Positions 63,212 through 64,000 of a DNA stretch of 64,000 bases are shown here, piece after piece. Numbering within the stretch: the stretch's first letter is position 1; each line of letters opens with the position of its first letter. A program made the position numbers and the translations under genes. The notes below the pieces were generated by a model. It was given only the letters and a program-made list of their open reading frames with translations. It ran no database searches and was not told the DNA's origin. Source of the DNA: Deltaproteobacteria bacterium (GTDB lineage Bacteria; Desulfobacterota; Binatia; UBA1149; CAYXZP01). The stretch spans positions 670-64,669 of the forward strand of contig JAYGCL010000074.1 in NCBI GenBank assembly GCA_046583365.1. Reading direction: 5' to 3'.

Positions 63212-63993
63212 TGGGCGCTAACGGTTTTTTGATGGCTATCGACGTTGGCAATACCGACACGGTGATCGGGCTTTTCGAGGGCAAGGGACTGGTACGCCAC
63301 TGGCGGGTTGTTACCGAAGCCAATCGTACGGCCGATGAGTACGGCATGCTCATGTGGAGCCTTTTTAACGCCGCCGGCATGGATGTTCCCAGCGTTTCTG
63401 GTGTGGTGGTCTCTTGCGTGGTGCCGCCGATGATAGGGGTGGTCGAGGAGATGTGCCGCAACTATTTCAAGGTCGACCCTCTGGTTGTAGGACCCGGGGT
63501 GAAGACCGGCATGCCTATTCTGTACGAGAACCCACGCGAGGTGGGTGCCGACCGTATATGCAACGCCATCGCGGCCTACCAACGTACCCGGGACGTAACC
63601 ATCGTTGTCGACTTTGGCACGGCCACGACCTTTGATTACATCACGGCCAAGGGCGAGTATCTCGGTGGTGTGATTGTGCCGGGCATAGGTATATCGTTGG
63701 ATGCGCTTTACCAGCGTACGGCCAAGTTGCCGAGGGTTGAGCTTGTACGCCCCCCTCGTGTGGTGGGTCGCAACACCGTGAACGCCATACAGTCCGGAGT
63801 TATCTACGGTTACATGGAACTGGTTGACGGTATAGTAGGCCATATAGAAAAGGACGAAGGCGTCGAGGCCAGTGTAATCGCCACTGGTGGCCTGGCCGCG
63901 TTAATTGCTCCAGAGTCAAAAATGATAACTGAAATCGACGAGTTCCTTACCCTCGACGGCATGAGAATTGTGTACGAGAGGAACCAGCCTTGA
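63211..63993 (+). CDS. coaX: Type III pantothenate kinase
   Basis: MAIDVGNTDTVIGLF...DRICNAIAA...VVDFGTATTFD. ATG 63211 with GGGGAGGAG RBS overlaps the birA stop (TGATG). Confidence 0.9.
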   Translation: MGANGFLMAIDVGNTDTVIGLFEGKGLVRHWRVVTEANRTADEYGMLMWSLFNAAGMDVPSVSGVVVSCVVPPMIGVVEEMCRNYFKVDPLVVGPGVKTGMPILYENPREVGADRICNAIAAYQRTRDVTIVVDFGTATTFDYITAKGEYLGGVIVPGIGISLDALYQRTAKLPRVELVRPPRVVGRNTVNAIQSGVIYGYMELVDGIVGHIEKDEGVEASVIATGGLAALIAPESKMITEIDEFLTLDGMRIVYERNQP

Positions 63994-64000
63994 ACTGAGG

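Noticed and set aside
1-64000. CRISPR arrays, IS elements, toxin-antitoxin pairs, phage genes
   Set aside because: No direct-repeat/spacer periodicity, no transposase, integrase or recombinase motifs, and no recognisable TA or phage structural proteins were found in any of the six frames inspected.

Overview
This 64 kb window is GC-rich (about 64-65%) bacterial chromosomal DNA, densely packed with about 66 features and many 4-8 nt stop/start overlaps (ATGA, ATGnnTGA). The ORF-track starts are longest-ORF starts (ATG/GTG/TTG) and many were trimmed here on homology, RBS and overlap grounds. Gene content suggests a Myxococcota/deltaproteobacterium-like organism: Myxococcus-type cysteine-rich repeats, a split gcvPA/gcvPB, type III PanK and agmatine deiminase. 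A long co-directional housekeeping array (uvrB-uvrC, hisS-aspS, folD-gcvT-gcvH-gcvPA-gcvPB-tatA, valS-nadC-birA-coaX) is interleaved with transport genes (modABC, AmpG, MFS, CDF), polyamine genes (aguA-aguB), ispH, and two tRNAs (Asn-GTT, Leu-CAG). Non-core content worth a second look: (1) an EgtB-family sulfoxide synthase translationally coupled to a glycosyltransferase::EgtD fusion, a candidate selenoneine-type (SenA/SenB-like) or non-canonical ergothioneine locus; (2) two paralogous giant secreted cysteine-rich repeat proteins, one truncated at the window edge; (3) a small secreted ORF coupled to a secreted HExxH metalloprotease carrying dockerin repeats; (4) a periplasmic desulfoferrodoxin/SOR-like protein lacking the Cys ligand, next to a cupredoxin fusion; (5) a DCC thiol-disulfide oxidoreductase fused to a lipase-maturation-factor domain; (6) tandem Mrp/ApbC paralogs; (7) a ComEC C-terminal remnant. 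No CRISPR array, transposase or integrase was seen. Coordinates read by direct base counting, rather than by codon arithmetic from the ORF track, may be off by 1-2 nt.
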